The notes: generated by a model not told the origin, from the letters alone. 64,000 bases of DNA from Truepera sp. (GCA_965218435.1 CBDCKW010000009.1:1952001-2016000); one strand, 5' to 3'; positions 18,873 through 28,863 are shown, counted from the first letter of the stretch. Numbers and translations: made by a program.

Positions 18873-19591
18873 AAACTCCTGACCAACACTTCAATCGCGG
18901 CTTTGTCCGCAAAAGCTGGGGAACCGAAAGAAAAGGGGGTTAAGGGCAGCTGCACGGGTTTTTGCGCGGAGAAGTGCAGTTCGGACACGCCGGTCTCACG
19001 GACAATCTGCGCAGCATTAGCCGCCCTGACGCCGCCCCCGGCCATCACGATGAGGCGGTCGCCCGCCTGCTCAGTCAAGGTTTTTAGTAAAGGCGCACCG
19101 CTCAGCGCGCCCGGTTCTTGACCCGAAGTCAGCAGACGCGCCACACCTAAGGCAATGAGTTGTTCCAAAACTTTGAACGGTTCCAGGCAAACATCAAATG
19201 CACGGTGAAAGGTCACCGGAAGCGGTTCAGCGGCGGCCATCAGCCGCTTCATTCCCGGTAAATCGAGCGACCCGTCACGCGTCAGTGCGCCAAAAACCAG
19301 ACCCGCCGCGCCCGCCGCCCGAAACTGCGCAACGTCGTCTAACATAACTGCAAGCTCGAGCCCCCCGTAACAAAAGTCCCCGGCCCGAGGCCGCACGAGC
19401 ACGTGAAGCGGCAATTTTGAACGTGCTTTAGCTTGCCGGAACAACCCTAAACTCGGCGTCAACCCACCTTCAGCGAGGGCGCTGCACAGCTCAATGCGGT
19501 GTGCACCCACCTCCCCTGCGGCGAGCACACCCGCAAGGTTCTCGGTGCAGAGCTCGAGGGTTACATTGGGCTCTTTAGGTAATTTACTCAC
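18869..19591 (-). CDS. cutC: CutC family protein
   Basis: RIELCSALAEGGLTPSLG, VRPRAGDF, TFHRAFD, LTSG, MAGGGV; start uncertain (GTG 19591 chosen). Confidence 0.88.
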   Translation of the reverse strand: MSKLPKEPNVTLELCTENLAGVLAAGEVGAHRIELCSALAEGGLTPSLGLFRQAKARSKLPLHVLVRPRAGDFCYGGLELAVMLDDVAQFRAAGAAGLVFGALTRDGSLDLPGMKRLMAAAEPLPVTFHRAFDVCLEPFKVLEQLIALGVARLLTSGQEPGALSGAPLLKTLTEQAGDRLIVMAGGGVRAANAAQIVRETGVSELHFSAQKPVQLPLTPFSFGSPAFADKAAIEVLVRSL

Positions 19592-19747
19592 CTTGCACAG
19601 TTTGTTCTCGGCAGACAGGTTTGCAAACGCGTATAAAGAATAGCGAATGTAGAAGGGAGAATAAAACAAGCATTCCGTGTTCTACATTCTCTGTTCCGGA
19701 GCTTCTCGGCATTTCTGTACCGCCAGCTTGCGCGTAAGATGAATGAT

Positions 19748-21055
19748 TTAGGCAATGTCGGCGAGCGCCTGCCCCAACAGCTCACACCCCGTCGCCATGT
19801 CTTCCGCTGAGACGTTGAGCTGCGGCGCAATCCGGTTGACGTTGCTGTAACGCCCGCCTTTACCGATGAGCAGGCCCCGTTTCCGCGCTACTACGACCAA
19901 CGCGTTCGCTCGAGCCGCGTCCGGGGTTTTCGTTCCCGGCTCGACCATCTCAAACGCTTGCATCAGTCCCATGCCGCGTACATCCCCGATAAAGTCGTAG
20001 CGTTCGCCCTGTTCTTCCATAAAGGTGCGGAGGCTCGAGCCTCGCATCTCTGCGTTCTCCCAGAGCTTGTGCTTTTCAATATATGAGATCGTCGCGTATG
20101 CCTGCGCCATCGAGACCGGATTCCCGCCGTAGGTTGAAAGCGTTAACCCACTCAGCGACTCGGCGACTTCCGGTGTCATCACCGTACACCCGACCGGCGC
20201 ACCGTTGGCAATCCCTTTAGCAAAGGTCATGATGTCCGGCTCGACGCCCCAGTGCTCAATCCCGCACCAATACTGCCCGGTCCGCCCCCAAGCCGTCTGC
20301 ACCTCATCAATGATCAGCACGCCGCCCGCTGCTTTGACGAGTGGCAAGATGCGCTTGAAATAGTCTTTCGGCACGACTTGGAACCCGCCGACGCCTTGAA
20401 TCGGCTCGGCCATAAACGCGGCGATATTGCCGTCCGTGCAAGTAGCTAGAAAATCCTCGAGGTCTTCGACCAAAAAGTCTAAATACGCGTCTTCGCTCAG
20501 CCCCTCGGGGCGGCGGTACATGTTTGGGCTACGGACGTGCTTAATGGTGCCGTCGTAAACGCCGCCGAGCTTCCAGTTCGCGTGCGCGGTCATCCCCATC
20601 ATGGCGCTGCTCCGGCCCGAATAGGCGTGGCGCAGGGCGATGATGTCGGTGTTACCGGTGTAAACGCGGGCCGCCATAATCGCGGTTTCGTCGGCTTCAG
20701 TGCCCGAGTTGGTAAAAAACGAATGTTGCAGGCGTCCGGGCGTAATTTCAGCAATTTTTTCGGCGACTTTGAGCGTGATTTCGTTGATGTATAGGGTGCT
20801 CGTGTGCCCCGTCTTTTTCATCTGCTCATAGGTAGCCTCAACTACCTCGTCGTTACAGTGACCGACCGAGACGGTCAGGATGCCGCCGAAAAAGTCCAGG
20901 TAGCGTGTCCCCTCCACGTCCCAAAGGTACTGGTTTTTGGCGTGATCTACGGCGATAGGGTCGTCACCGTAGTAGAGCATGTTGGTCAGGCTGGGCACGA
21001 GGTATTTTTGCTGGCGCTCTCTCAAGTCTTGAGTTTTGCTGGCGGTTGAAGTCAT
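19748..21055 (-). CDS. Class III aminotransferase, probably beta-alanine:pyruvate/2-oxoglutarate
   Basis: FTNSGTEA, AEPIQGVGG, IDEVQTAWGRTG, FAKGIANG; lies downstream of the pyrimidine catabolic genes. Confidence 0.88.
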   Translation of the reverse strand: MTSTASKTQDLRERQQKYLVPSLTNMLYYGDDPIAVDHAKNQYLWDVEGTRYLDFFGGILTVSVGHCNDEVVEATYEQMKKTGHTSTLYINEITLKVAEKIAEITPGRLQHSFFTNSGTEADETAIMAARVYTGNTDIIALRHAYSGRSSAMMGMTAHANWKLGGVYDGTIKHVRSPNMYRRPEGLSEDAYLDFLVEDLEDFLATCTDGNIAAFMAEPIQGVGGFQVVPKDYFKRILPLVKAAGGVLIIDEVQTAWGRTGQYWCGIEHWGVEPDIMTFAKGIANGAPVGCTVMTPEVAESLSGLTLSTYGGNPVSMAQAYATISYIEKHKLWENAEMRGSSLRTFMEEQGERYDFIGDVRGMGLMQAFEMVEPGTKTPDAARANALVVVARKRGLLIGKGGRYSNVNRIAPQLNVSAEDMATGCELLGQALADIA

Positions 21056-21168
21056 CGGGGCCTCCTAAAAATTTGGTCTTGAGCCTATAGAGGATACTGT
21101 AGCACTTGACTCAAACGGAAGTTCCCATTCTTTTTGCATTCGGTGAGTAGCTATAATCTAAGCAGATT

Positions 21169-21558
21169 ATGATGGACTCATTACTTTCAACTACAATCAG
21201 CAGCCTCGTTGAACTGCTCGCCGGGAAGGTACATAAATCTGAAGAACTCGCAGAAGTAGACGATCTTGAACTTATCAGTGACGAAGCAAAACAGCAAAAA
21301 CTTGAACTACAAGTTGCTTTTGAACAGGCTAAGGTGGCACAAGAAATTGCAATCGCCGAAAGGATTCAGAATGCTAACGAAGTAGTTCTAGAAGAGTATT
21401 ACGAATATACTGCGAAGGGACAGCTAGGACTTGCGACAGATGACAATAGCGTTTCCATAGGGGCTTCAGGGGAGGGCCGACGGGTTACTAAACGCATCTA
21501 TCGCTTTATAGGCAACTCAAATTCGAAAGAGATTAAAGAAACGAGGGAGAATTCTTGA
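21169..21558 (+). CDS. Hypothetical protein, AT-rich gene
   Basis: 129-aa ORF with a coiled-coil-like middle; TATAAT upstream; no family recognised. Confidence 0.65.
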   Translation: MMDSLLSTTISSLVELLAGKVHKSEELAEVDDLELISDEAKQQKLELQVAFEQAKVAQEIAIAERIQNANEVVLEEYYEYTAKGQLGLATDDNSVSIGASGEGRRVTKRIYRFIGNSNSKEIKETRENS

Positions 21559-21620
21559 TTGTAAGAAAGGACTGTACAAAAAGGATGCACCGGCTCGAGC
21601 GTGCCAGCTAAACGGCCTTT

Positions 21621-21881
21621 ATGAGTGAGAAAGCTGACGACACCCTGCGCGACGATTACGGCTTTTCAAACGGTGTAAGGGGCAAGTACCGCCACTTTAG
21701 CGACCAGCCCCGCACCTTTCGGATTCGTCAGCCAGACGGGTCGGTCATAGAAAAAACAGTCGAGGCTCCTGTCACACTAGACCCGGACGTGCGCCGTTAT
21801 TTTCCGGACTCGGAAGCCGTAAACAGAGCCTTACGCGGACTGATCGAGCTGATACCTGAAGAAAACCGCAAGTCTTCTTAA
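21621..21881 (+). CDS. Orphan BrnA-like antitoxin
   Basis: DTLRDDYGFSNGVRGKY; LDPDVRRYFPDSEAVNRALRGL. Confidence 0.78.
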   Translation: MSEKADDTLRDDYGFSNGVRGKYRHFSDQPRTFRIRQPDGSVIEKTVEAPVTLDPDVRRYFPDSEAVNRALRGLIELIPEENRKSS

Positions 21882-21891
21882 AAGCTAGAAA

Positions 21892-21918
21892 GCCCCTGCT
21901 CGAGCCCAGAGCAGGGGC
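21892..21918. terminator. Hairpin between convergent genes
   Basis: GCCCCTGCTC-N7-GAGCAGGGGC. Confidence 0.6.
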
Positions 21919-21951
21919 CACCAACCCAAAACGCCGTAAAGCCCGTAAAAC

Positions 21952-23007
21952 CTACCGCGCTACAGCGTCATACACACTTTCGTCTACCACATCCCCATAC
22001 GCCACCGGCTGCGCGAGTAAACCTACTTGATTGAGCAGCGCCACGGAACGGTTAAAGGCGTCTTCGTTCAACGCCCCCACACTGGTGTCAGCTTCCGGTT
22101 TGACGAGTTCAGCAACGCGGGCCATCTGCCAGGTTTGGTGAATCTGCGGGCTCTGGGTGCTACCCGACCCGGCGCAGGTATCGCCGCACGACTCTAAAAC
22201 GATACTTACCGCTTCTTCTTGATTGGCAACGGCGTACTCCCAGCCCTTAATCGTCGCGCGTAAAAAGCGTTCGGCGACTTCGTGACCGGAAACGCCCGAG
22301 CCTTTGAAGTCGGGGTTTTGTAAGAGTTCGGGCGTGGTAAAGATTAGGTCCTCGAGCAAAGCCGCGTCAACGTCGGCGGGGTCCAAGACGTTAAGCGTGT
22401 CGAGCGGGTAGCCGAGCCCGACGATTTGGTCGAGTTCGTTGTAGGTCATCGCCGAGGCCACTTCGACCTCATCGGGAAATACCAGTGACGGGTCAAAGGC
22501 GTATACGACAGCACTCACGTCCGGGTTCGTCACCGTCGGGTCAAGATCAGATGTGAGGTCTTCAGCAGCAAAGACTGCCTGTGCGACGAACTCATTACCG
22601 AAACCCCAGACGCCCACGGTGCGGCCCGCCAGGTCAGGGAGCGCCTCAATCCCGGAGTCTTTGAGCGCGACCATCCGGTAGCCCGACTTCTGATAAATCT
22701 GCGCGATCTGCACCACGTTTAAGCCTTGTTCGCGCTGCACCAGCATGTTAGCGATCCAGTCGGTGCCGAAGTCGGCGTTGCCCGAAGCGACCTGCACGGT
22801 CGGGTTGACGTTGCCGCCGTCTAACACGGTGACGTTTAAGCCTTCGTCCTCATAAAAGCCCTTGGACTGCGCGACAAAGTAACCGGCAAACTGCGCCTGC
22901 GGAAACCATTTGGACTGAAAGGTCACGTCAATCATGTTTTGGGCCGACACCAAACTTACGAGCAGCAGCACACCTAAACCGACACCTAAACCGAGCATTC
23001 GCTTCAT
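21952..23007 (-). CDS. NMT1/THI5-like ABC substrate-binding protein (pyrimidine-related)
   Basis: KWFPQAQFAGYFVAQSKGFYEDEGL, SAMTYNE; AAGGAGG RBS before MKRMLG. Confidence 0.9.
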   Translation of the reverse strand: MKRMLGLGVGLGVLLLVSLVSAQNMIDVTFQSKWFPQAQFAGYFVAQSKGFYEDEGLNVTVLDGGNVNPTVQVASGNADFGTDWIANMLVQREQGLNVVQIAQIYQKSGYRMVALKDSGIEALPDLAGRTVGVWGFGNEFVAQAVFAAEDLTSDLDPTVTNPDVSAVVYAFDPSLVFPDEVEVASAMTYNELDQIVGLGYPLDTLNVLDPADVDAALLEDLIFTTPELLQNPDFKGSGVSGHEVAERFLRATIKGWEYAVANQEEAVSIVLESCGDTCAGSGSTQSPQIHQTWQMARVAELVKPEADTSVGALNEDAFNRSVALLNQVGLLAQPVAYGDVVDESVYDAVAR

Positions 23008-23175
23008 CTCGCCTCCTTGGATACGTTCTGTGAACGTCCTCACAGTGTATCGGGATAGACGTACAGGTTGCAATCAGTGAGGCTCAAAGCGACCATTTTG
23101 ATAGCCAAGGTTGAAAGGCGTCAAGTGAAAAGGTACGCTCGAGCCACCCTGTATAAAACAGCCGTAAAGCCGACT

Positions 23176-24090
23176 TTAGTTCTCCCGAGCCGACGCGTGC
23201 CAGCTCGTCGTGCGCCGCTCCGCCCAGGCGACGAGATTATAGACGGTGACTGAAACGAGGCTCGAGACGAAAATGGCGGCGAACACCACGTCATACGCCC
23301 CTCGCCGTGCTGACAGCGAGATGCGCTGCCCCAACCCTTCCGGCGGCCCCGGAATCAGAAACTCGGCGACGATGACGCTGACAATAGATAAGACCACCGC
23401 GAGCCTGAGGGCGTTAAAGAGATACGGCGCAGCGTTGGGCAAGCGGAGTTTGACGAACACTTCCCACGGTTTCGCGGCGTAAGCGCGGAGGAGCTCGAGC
23501 TTCAGGGCGTCCACCGACAACAGCCCCTGCACCGTATTGAGCAGCACCGGAAAAAACGTGACGATGACGACCACCGCTGCCTTCGACTCCCAATCGACGC
23601 CGAAAGCCCGCCCCAGCACCGGAGCCAACCCGACAATCGGCACTGCGCCGAACGCCGCCGCTAAGGGCAAAAACCCACGTTGCAAAAAGACGTTGCTCGC
23701 CACCCCGATACCTGCCACGACGCCCGCCGTAAACCCGATGACAAAACCCAGCAAAATCTCTTTGACGAACGTGACATAGGCGTCACGAAGCAAAACCGGA
23801 AACGTGGCTGAGAGCGATACCCAAACATCCGTTACGCTCGGAAAGATACCTTTGGGCACGCGAAAGCCTACAACTAAACCTTGCCAGAGCAGCAGTAAGA
23901 CAAACGGCACCGCTGCCGGAAGCAAGAGCTGTCCCAGACGCGAGCGTCCGCCTTGACCTGCCGCGATACAGGCAAGCAGCAAAAAGCCCCAGAACCTGAG
24001 CCAATAGAGAGGAGTCACGTCACCCATGACTGTCCAGAAGGCTCCGGCGAGGCCCAACGCTGTTAGCAAGACTGCAATCAACACCTTCAC
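23176..24090 (-). CDS. NitT/TauT family ABC permease
   Basis: FFPVLLNTVQGL, KLRLPNAAPYLF, VIVAEF; GTGA overlap. Confidence 0.9.
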   Translation of the reverse strand: MKVLIAVLLTALGLAGAFWTVMGDVTPLYWLRFWGFLLLACIAAGQGGRSRLGQLLLPAAVPFVLLLLWQGLVVGFRVPKGIFPSVTDVWVSLSATFPVLLRDAYVTFVKEILLGFVIGFTAGVVAGIGVASNVFLQRGFLPLAAAFGAVPIVGLAPVLGRAFGVDWESKAAVVVIVTFFPVLLNTVQGLLSVDALKLELLRAYAAKPWEVFVKLRLPNAAPYLFNALRLAVVLSIVSVIVAEFLIPGPPEGLGQRISLSARRGAYDVVFAAIFVSSLVSVTVYNLVAWAERRTTSWHASAREN

Positions 24091-25928
24091 GAACGTTCCC
24101 ACGGTGCGAGGACACGCTGCACCAGGCTAACGAGTCCGACGAGCCCAATCCCGAGCAGCGCCGAGATCAGCAGCAAAATCCATACGTCTGCAACGTTGCC
24201 CGATTGCACTTGACCCAAAATCTGAAACCCTAACCCACGCCGGTTGTTCGATTCGGTTTCGGCAACCAAAGCCCCGACAAGGGCCGCCGCCGCTGCCAGC
24301 TTGAGTGAAGTAAACAAAAACGGCACCGCCGCCGGAAACCGCACCTTGGTAAAAAGCTGCGCGGGCGTCGCGGCGTATGACTTCATCAGGTCGAGGGCCA
24401 AAGGGTCCACTGACCGCAAGCCTTTTACGGTGCCAACCACGACCGGGAAAAAGGCGATATACGCGCCGATAAGAGCCGTCGGCAACAGCGAAGTTTGAAT
24501 GGTGATGCCCACGTTACCTAAAATCAGCAGCAGCACAGGGACGAGGGCAATGATTGGCACCGTTTGCGAAGCTACGAGCCACGGGAGTAAGGCACGCTCG
24601 AGTGGCCTCACCATCACAAATAACACCGCCAAAAACGTTCCGACGGCAGCACCTAAGGCTAACGCCGAAAGCGTCCCGGCAGCGGTGTAGAGCACGGCGC
24701 GGAAGATGTTGCGTTCGTCACCTAACGGAAACTTGCTGAAAAACGGCCCAATACGCGCGGCAATCCAGTTAGGAAAGGGTACCGGATGTTGCGGCAGGGC
24801 GAGGAAACACTCGAGCACTCCCTGCCCGCACCCCGGTTGTGCGTAAATCGTATAGGCGTCCGTCCAGACCGTTGCGCCCGCCGGGGGCGTCCGGGCGAGC
24901 AGCACGTCACCCGTTTCAAAATCACTCAAAAATGCACCCGGATACTGCCGGAGCTGCGCGTTACGGGCGGGCGGCTTGGCAAACGTCACCGTAAAACCAT
25001 CCCGTGTGTAATCTTCACCTTCGGTTTGCGGCGCACCGTCTACTGTCACGATGCCCTCGGCACTCCTAAACGTAAACGTCTTTTGCTCACCGTCTACTCG
25101 TTCGTCGGGACGTTCATCATCGTCCGACAACAGCGTGTCGTCCACATAAACGTCGTAGGGTTCGGTCTCGACCACGGGCGTTTGAGGAAAGGTAAAGGTG
25201 CGGTTTGTCCCATCTACTTGTCCCGAAAGGCGTTCAGCAAGTTTGACGACGCTTTTTGCGGCTCGCACCTCACCGGAGGGCGGCGCAGCAAAAACCACCG
25301 TGCTTTTGCCCTCGTCTAAAACCGCGTAATCACCGGAGACGCGCCGTAAATCACTCCCAAAACTCGGCGCTGCGGTAAAGGTCACAGTAGTGTTTTGAAC
25401 GGCGTAATCTTTGCCCTCAGCTAAAATCTCAGCGTCTAGCAAGATAGGCCCGGACGCGTCGCTGAAAGTAAACGCGGTACGCACATCGTCAGGTGTTTCG
25501 GCAGCTGGGGTCGCGCCGCCAACAGCGAACGTGTCCCCAACGTAAAGTATCAGCGGGTCGGGCAGGTTGCCGGGGTACCGGTAGAGCGTTTCTGAAACAG
25601 GTGTCAGGGTTTCTCCCCAGGTCACCAGCGGCTTGGGTTCCGCGTCCAGCGTGACGGTCTCGCCTTTTTGAGTGTAAGCCGTGCCCAGCGGCGCATCGTC
25701 CCGGACGAGCACGCCGTTCTCGGCTTCGTCAGCGAAGATCAGCGTAGTCGCGTCGCCGAGTCTTTGGGGCGGTTGCGCCGTGATGGTCGCCTTATCCCAC
25801 TTCCGCAGGTCGCGCAGGTCGCGCAGGGCCAACGGCAGACCGAACAGGAGCGCCAGCGGATACATAAGTAGAACTAAACCGACGAGGACAACTAAAATGG
25901 GAACAAAGGTTGAAACCCTCTGGCGCAC
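24087..25928 (-). CDS. NitT/TauT ABC permease with ~350-aa extracytoplasmic repeat domain
   Basis: C-terminal SQTVPIIAL, FFPVVVGTVKGLRS, KVRFPAAVP; N-terminal TM followed by beta-rich repeats. Confidence 0.88.
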   Translation of the reverse strand: MRQRVSTFVPILVVLVGLVLLMYPLALLFGLPLALRDLRDLRKWDKATITAQPPQRLGDATTLIFADEAENGVLVRDDAPLGTAYTQKGETVTLDAEPKPLVTWGETLTPVSETLYRYPGNLPDPLILYVGDTFAVGGATPAAETPDDVRTAFTFSDASGPILLDAEILAEGKDYAVQNTTVTFTAAPSFGSDLRRVSGDYAVLDEGKSTVVFAAPPSGEVRAAKSVVKLAERLSGQVDGTNRTFTFPQTPVVETEPYDVYVDDTLLSDDDERPDERVDGEQKTFTFRSAEGIVTVDGAPQTEGEDYTRDGFTVTFAKPPARNAQLRQYPGAFLSDFETGDVLLARTPPAGATVWTDAYTIYAQPGCGQGVLECFLALPQHPVPFPNWIAARIGPFFSKFPLGDERNIFRAVLYTAAGTLSALALGAAVGTFLAVLFVMVRPLERALLPWLVASQTVPIIALVPVLLLILGNVGITIQTSLLPTALIGAYIAFFPVVVGTVKGLRSVDPLALDLMKSYAATPAQLFTKVRFPAAVPFLFTSLKLAAAAALVGALVAETESNNRRGLGFQILGQVQSGNVADVWILLLISALLGIGLVGLVSLVQRVLAPWERS

Positions 25929-25929
25929 G

Positions 25930-26742
25930 CTAGTGCGTCCCCTTGAGGGCGTCGCGCACTGCAGAAGTTAGCTCGAAAAAGCGCCTCGAGTCCCGCACAC
26001 TTTCGTCACGCGGATAGGGCAAATCTACGTCAATTACCCGCTCAATCTTGCCGGGGCGCGGCGTCATCACTACAATGCGCGATGACAAAAAGACCGCTTC
26101 GGAGATCGAGTGCGTCACGAACACGACGGTTTTATGCGTCTCTTGCCAGATGCGTAAGAGCTCATCGTTCATGCTCTCGCGGGTAATCTCATCCAACGCG
26201 CCGAAGGGTTCGTCCATCAGCAAGAGCTTGGGGTCAAAAGCTAGAGCCCGCGCTATCGAGACGCGCTGCTGCATCCCGCCGGAGAGCTGAAACGGATACT
26301 GACGGTGAAAATCTTGGAGGCCGACGAGTTTGAGTAAACGTGAGGCCCGCTCCCGCTGTTCAGACTTGGGAAAACGCATGATCTCTAAAGGCAGCATCAC
26401 ATTTTTGATGACCGTGCGCCATTCGTATAAGACCGGAGCCTGAAAGACGTAACCATATTCTCTTGCCTCACGCGCCTCTTTCGGCGTTTTACCTGCCACC
26501 TCCAGCTCACCCGAGGTCGGTTCGATAAGGTCGGCAATCAACCGTAAAAGCGTCGTTTTGCCGCACCCTGAAGGTCCGATCAAGCTGACGAACTCGCCCG
26601 CTTGTATCTCCAAGTTGGCGTTTTGCAGCGCGACGGTCTCCCCTGCTCTGGCCTTGTAAACCATTGAGAGGTCACGCACCGAGATAACTGGAGGGCTTTC
26701 TCTAGGTTGACTGTGGTTTTGCGTCTGGAACTGGGTTATCAA
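25930..26742 (-). CDS. NitT/TauT ABC ATP-binding protein
   Basis: GPSGCGKTT, LSGGMQQR, MDEPFGALD, FVTHS. Confidence 0.94.
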   Translation of the reverse strand: MITQFQTQNHSQPRESPPVISVRDLSMVYKARAGETVALQNANLEIQAGEFVSLIGPSGCGKTTLLRLIADLIEPTSGELEVAGKTPKEAREAREYGYVFQAPVLYEWRTVIKNVMLPLEIMRFPKSEQRERASRLLKLVGLQDFHRQYPFQLSGGMQQRVSIARALAFDPKLLLMDEPFGALDEITRESMNDELLRIWQETHKTVVFVTHSISEAVFLSSRIVVMTPRPGKIERVIDVDLPYPRDESVRDSRRFFELTSAVRDALKGTH

Positions 26743-26743
26743 G

Positions 26744-28132
26744 CTAACCGCCTACGGTCTCAGCGGTTTTTCGCCGTAAAAACTTACCTCTAGCCTTATC
26801 GCCGATGAACTGCCCGTCTTTAACCTGGACAGCGCCGCGCACCGTCACGACTTCGGGTTTGCCGTCTATCTCAACACCTTCAAACCCGCTGTAATCGACG
26901 TTCATGTGCTGCGTCTTCGCCGACAGCTTACCGCGATACTCAGGGTCATAGATGACTAAATCGGCGTCGCACCCGACTGCTATCGTCCCTTTGTGCGGAT
27001 AGAGGCCGAACAACTTGGCTGCTTGGGTGCTGGCTGCGTCTACAAAACGGTGGATATCGAGGTCGCCACGTGATACCCCGTAGGTATAGAGCAGATTTAC
27101 CCGGTCTTCTATCGCCGGGATGCCGTTCGGAATCCTGGTAAAGTCGCCCTTGCCCATCGCTTTTTGCGTGGTATCAAAGGGCGCGTGGTCGGTGCCGACG
27201 GTGCTGATGTCGCCGCGCTCCAAGGCTTCCCAGAGTACCGCCTGATTGCGTTTATCGCGCAGGGGCGGGCTCATCACATATTTTGCGCTCTCAAAGTCCG
27301 GGCGTTCGGCGTAGGTTTTCTCGAGCATGAGGTGTGGGATAACCGCTTCGACAGAGACATCTACACCCCTGGCTTTGGCCGCTAACGCCGCGTCTAACGC
27401 CGGTTTGCACGACAGGTGAACGATATAACCCTTTGCACCGGTAGCCTCTAAAAACGTCACAAAATGGTCTACCCCGTCCGCTTCAACATATTCTGGGCGG
27501 CTCGGTTCGTGCCATTCGGGGCCGGTTTTGCCTTCGGATAAAAGTTTCTGCTGAAGTTGCGCGACTAGTTCGGCGTTTTCAGTGTGCGCCGTGGTAATGA
27601 CGCCCAACTCTTTAGCGAGCGTCAGCGTCTTGTAAAGTCCTTCGTCGCTTAGGCTAAACGCGCCCTTGTAGGCCAAAAACACCTTAAACGACGCTGTACC
27701 GTCCGCGACAATCTCGCGGAGCTGAGCTTCAGTCTGCTCGTCAAACCGGGTCACGCCCATGTGAAAGGCGTAGTCGCACGCGGCGTTGCCTTCAGCGAGA
27801 GACTTCCAGTGCTGGTAGCCCTCTAAAGTATCCTCGCTCCCCGCCGGAGCGCACATCTCGATAAAGGTCGTCGTTCCGCCGATGAGCGCCGCTTGCGAAC
27901 CCGTCGCGTGCGTGTCTTTGCTGTAGGTTCCCATAAACGGTAGGTAGATATGGACGTGCGGGTCAATAAAACCGGGAAAAACATACTTGCCCGAGGCGTC
28001 GATGACCTCGGTACCTTCAGACACCTGTAGGTTTTCACCGATTTCGGTAATCGTTTCGTCTTCGATGTAGATGTCGGCCTTGGTGCGTTTGTCGGCGGTG
28101 ATGATGTCGCCGTTTTGGATAAGTAGACCCAT
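26744..28132 (-). CDS. hydA: Dihydropyrimidinase
   Basis: PGFIDPHVH, FKVFLAYKG, HTEN, VHLS, MSPPLR, GTDHAPF, IPNGIP. Confidence 0.93.
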   Translation of the reverse strand: MGLLIQNGDIITADKRTKADIYIEDETITEIGENLQVSEGTEVIDASGKYVFPGFIDPHVHIYLPFMGTYSKDTHATGSQAALIGGTTTFIEMCAPAGSEDTLEGYQHWKSLAEGNAACDYAFHMGVTRFDEQTEAQLREIVADGTASFKVFLAYKGAFSLSDEGLYKTLTLAKELGVITTAHTENAELVAQLQQKLLSEGKTGPEWHEPSRPEYVEADGVDHFVTFLEATGAKGYIVHLSCKPALDAALAAKARGVDVSVEAVIPHLMLEKTYAERPDFESAKYVMSPPLRDKRNQAVLWEALERGDISTVGTDHAPFDTTQKAMGKGDFTRIPNGIPAIEDRVNLLYTYGVSRGDLDIHRFVDAASTQAAKLFGLYPHKGTIAVGCDADLVIYDPEYRGKLSAKTQHMNVDYSGFEGVEIDGKPEVVTVRGAVQVKDGQFIGDKARGKFLRRKTAETVGG

Positions 28133-28156
28133 ACGTTCCTCCTTGCTTCTACGAGT

Positions 28157-28597
28157 TTATTCTGCCACTTCGCGGGGATGGATGGCTCTAATATCAAAGC
28201 GTGTGAAATCGTCACCGTTCAGCGTGAGCAAGTTTTCGACGTTGTGCGCTTTTAGAGCAGCAGCTAAACGAGCGTCGTGAACCTGCTTGCCTGAAACTCG
28301 ATGCGTGGTGACGAGCTCGAGCCAGATAGCAAAAACTTCGGGTGTATCGCCCAAAAGCGTCCACTCTTTCAAAAAATCGTTAACTACGGAGCGAACAGTT
28401 GATAAGGTCCAACCGAAACCGTTAACGTTTGCGGGCCTGCTTGCTACCGACCAAAACTCATAGATAACTTGAGGTACGATAACAAGTTCTTGACCTTGAA
28501 TAGAGAGGTTTTGAACTGCTCGAGACACTAACGGATAGAGTTCGTTATCTGGATTGACGGTTCGCAGCACGACGTTCGTGTCGAGGAGAAAACGCAT
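28157..28597 (-). CDS. PIN-domain (VapC-like) toxin
   Basis: LLDTNVVLR, PQVIYEFW, HDARLAA, TLNGDDF acidic tetrad. Confidence 0.9.
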   Translation of the reverse strand: MRFLLDTNVVLRTVNPDNELYPLVSRAVQNLSIQGQELVIVPQVIYEFWSVASRPANVNGFGWTLSTVRSVVNDFLKEWTLLGDTPEVFAIWLELVTTHRVSGKQVHDARLAAALKAHNVENLLTLNGDDFTRFDIRAIHPREVAE

Positions 28598-28863
28598 CAG
28601 TCGTAGATATCGTCTCTGACGTTGTAATTTTCGGGCCAGTTCACACCTGTTTTATGAGCGATACGCGCCATAAACGCCTCAACAGCCTTTGCTCGTTCTT
28701 CTGGGTCTTCAATCTCATAGAGTTTACGGGGAGCAGGCTCGAGCCTCAGCACCTTTCCCTCTCGCTCTACCCGAAAATCCGTACCGGGTTCTACTTCACC
28801 CAAGAGTTCTTTGGGTATGGTGACGCTGCCGTCGGGGGCGGTTTTAAGGAGAATTTTTGTCAT
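28597..28863 (-). CDS. AbrB/MazE-like antitoxin
   Basis: GSVTIPKELL..VEPG..FRVEREGKVLRLEP; TGATG-coupled to the PIN gene. Confidence 0.82.
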   Translation of the reverse strand: MTKILLKTAPDGSVTIPKELLGEVEPGTDFRVEREGKVLRLEPAPRKLYEIEDPEERAKAVEAFMARIAHKTGVNWPENYNVRDDIYD

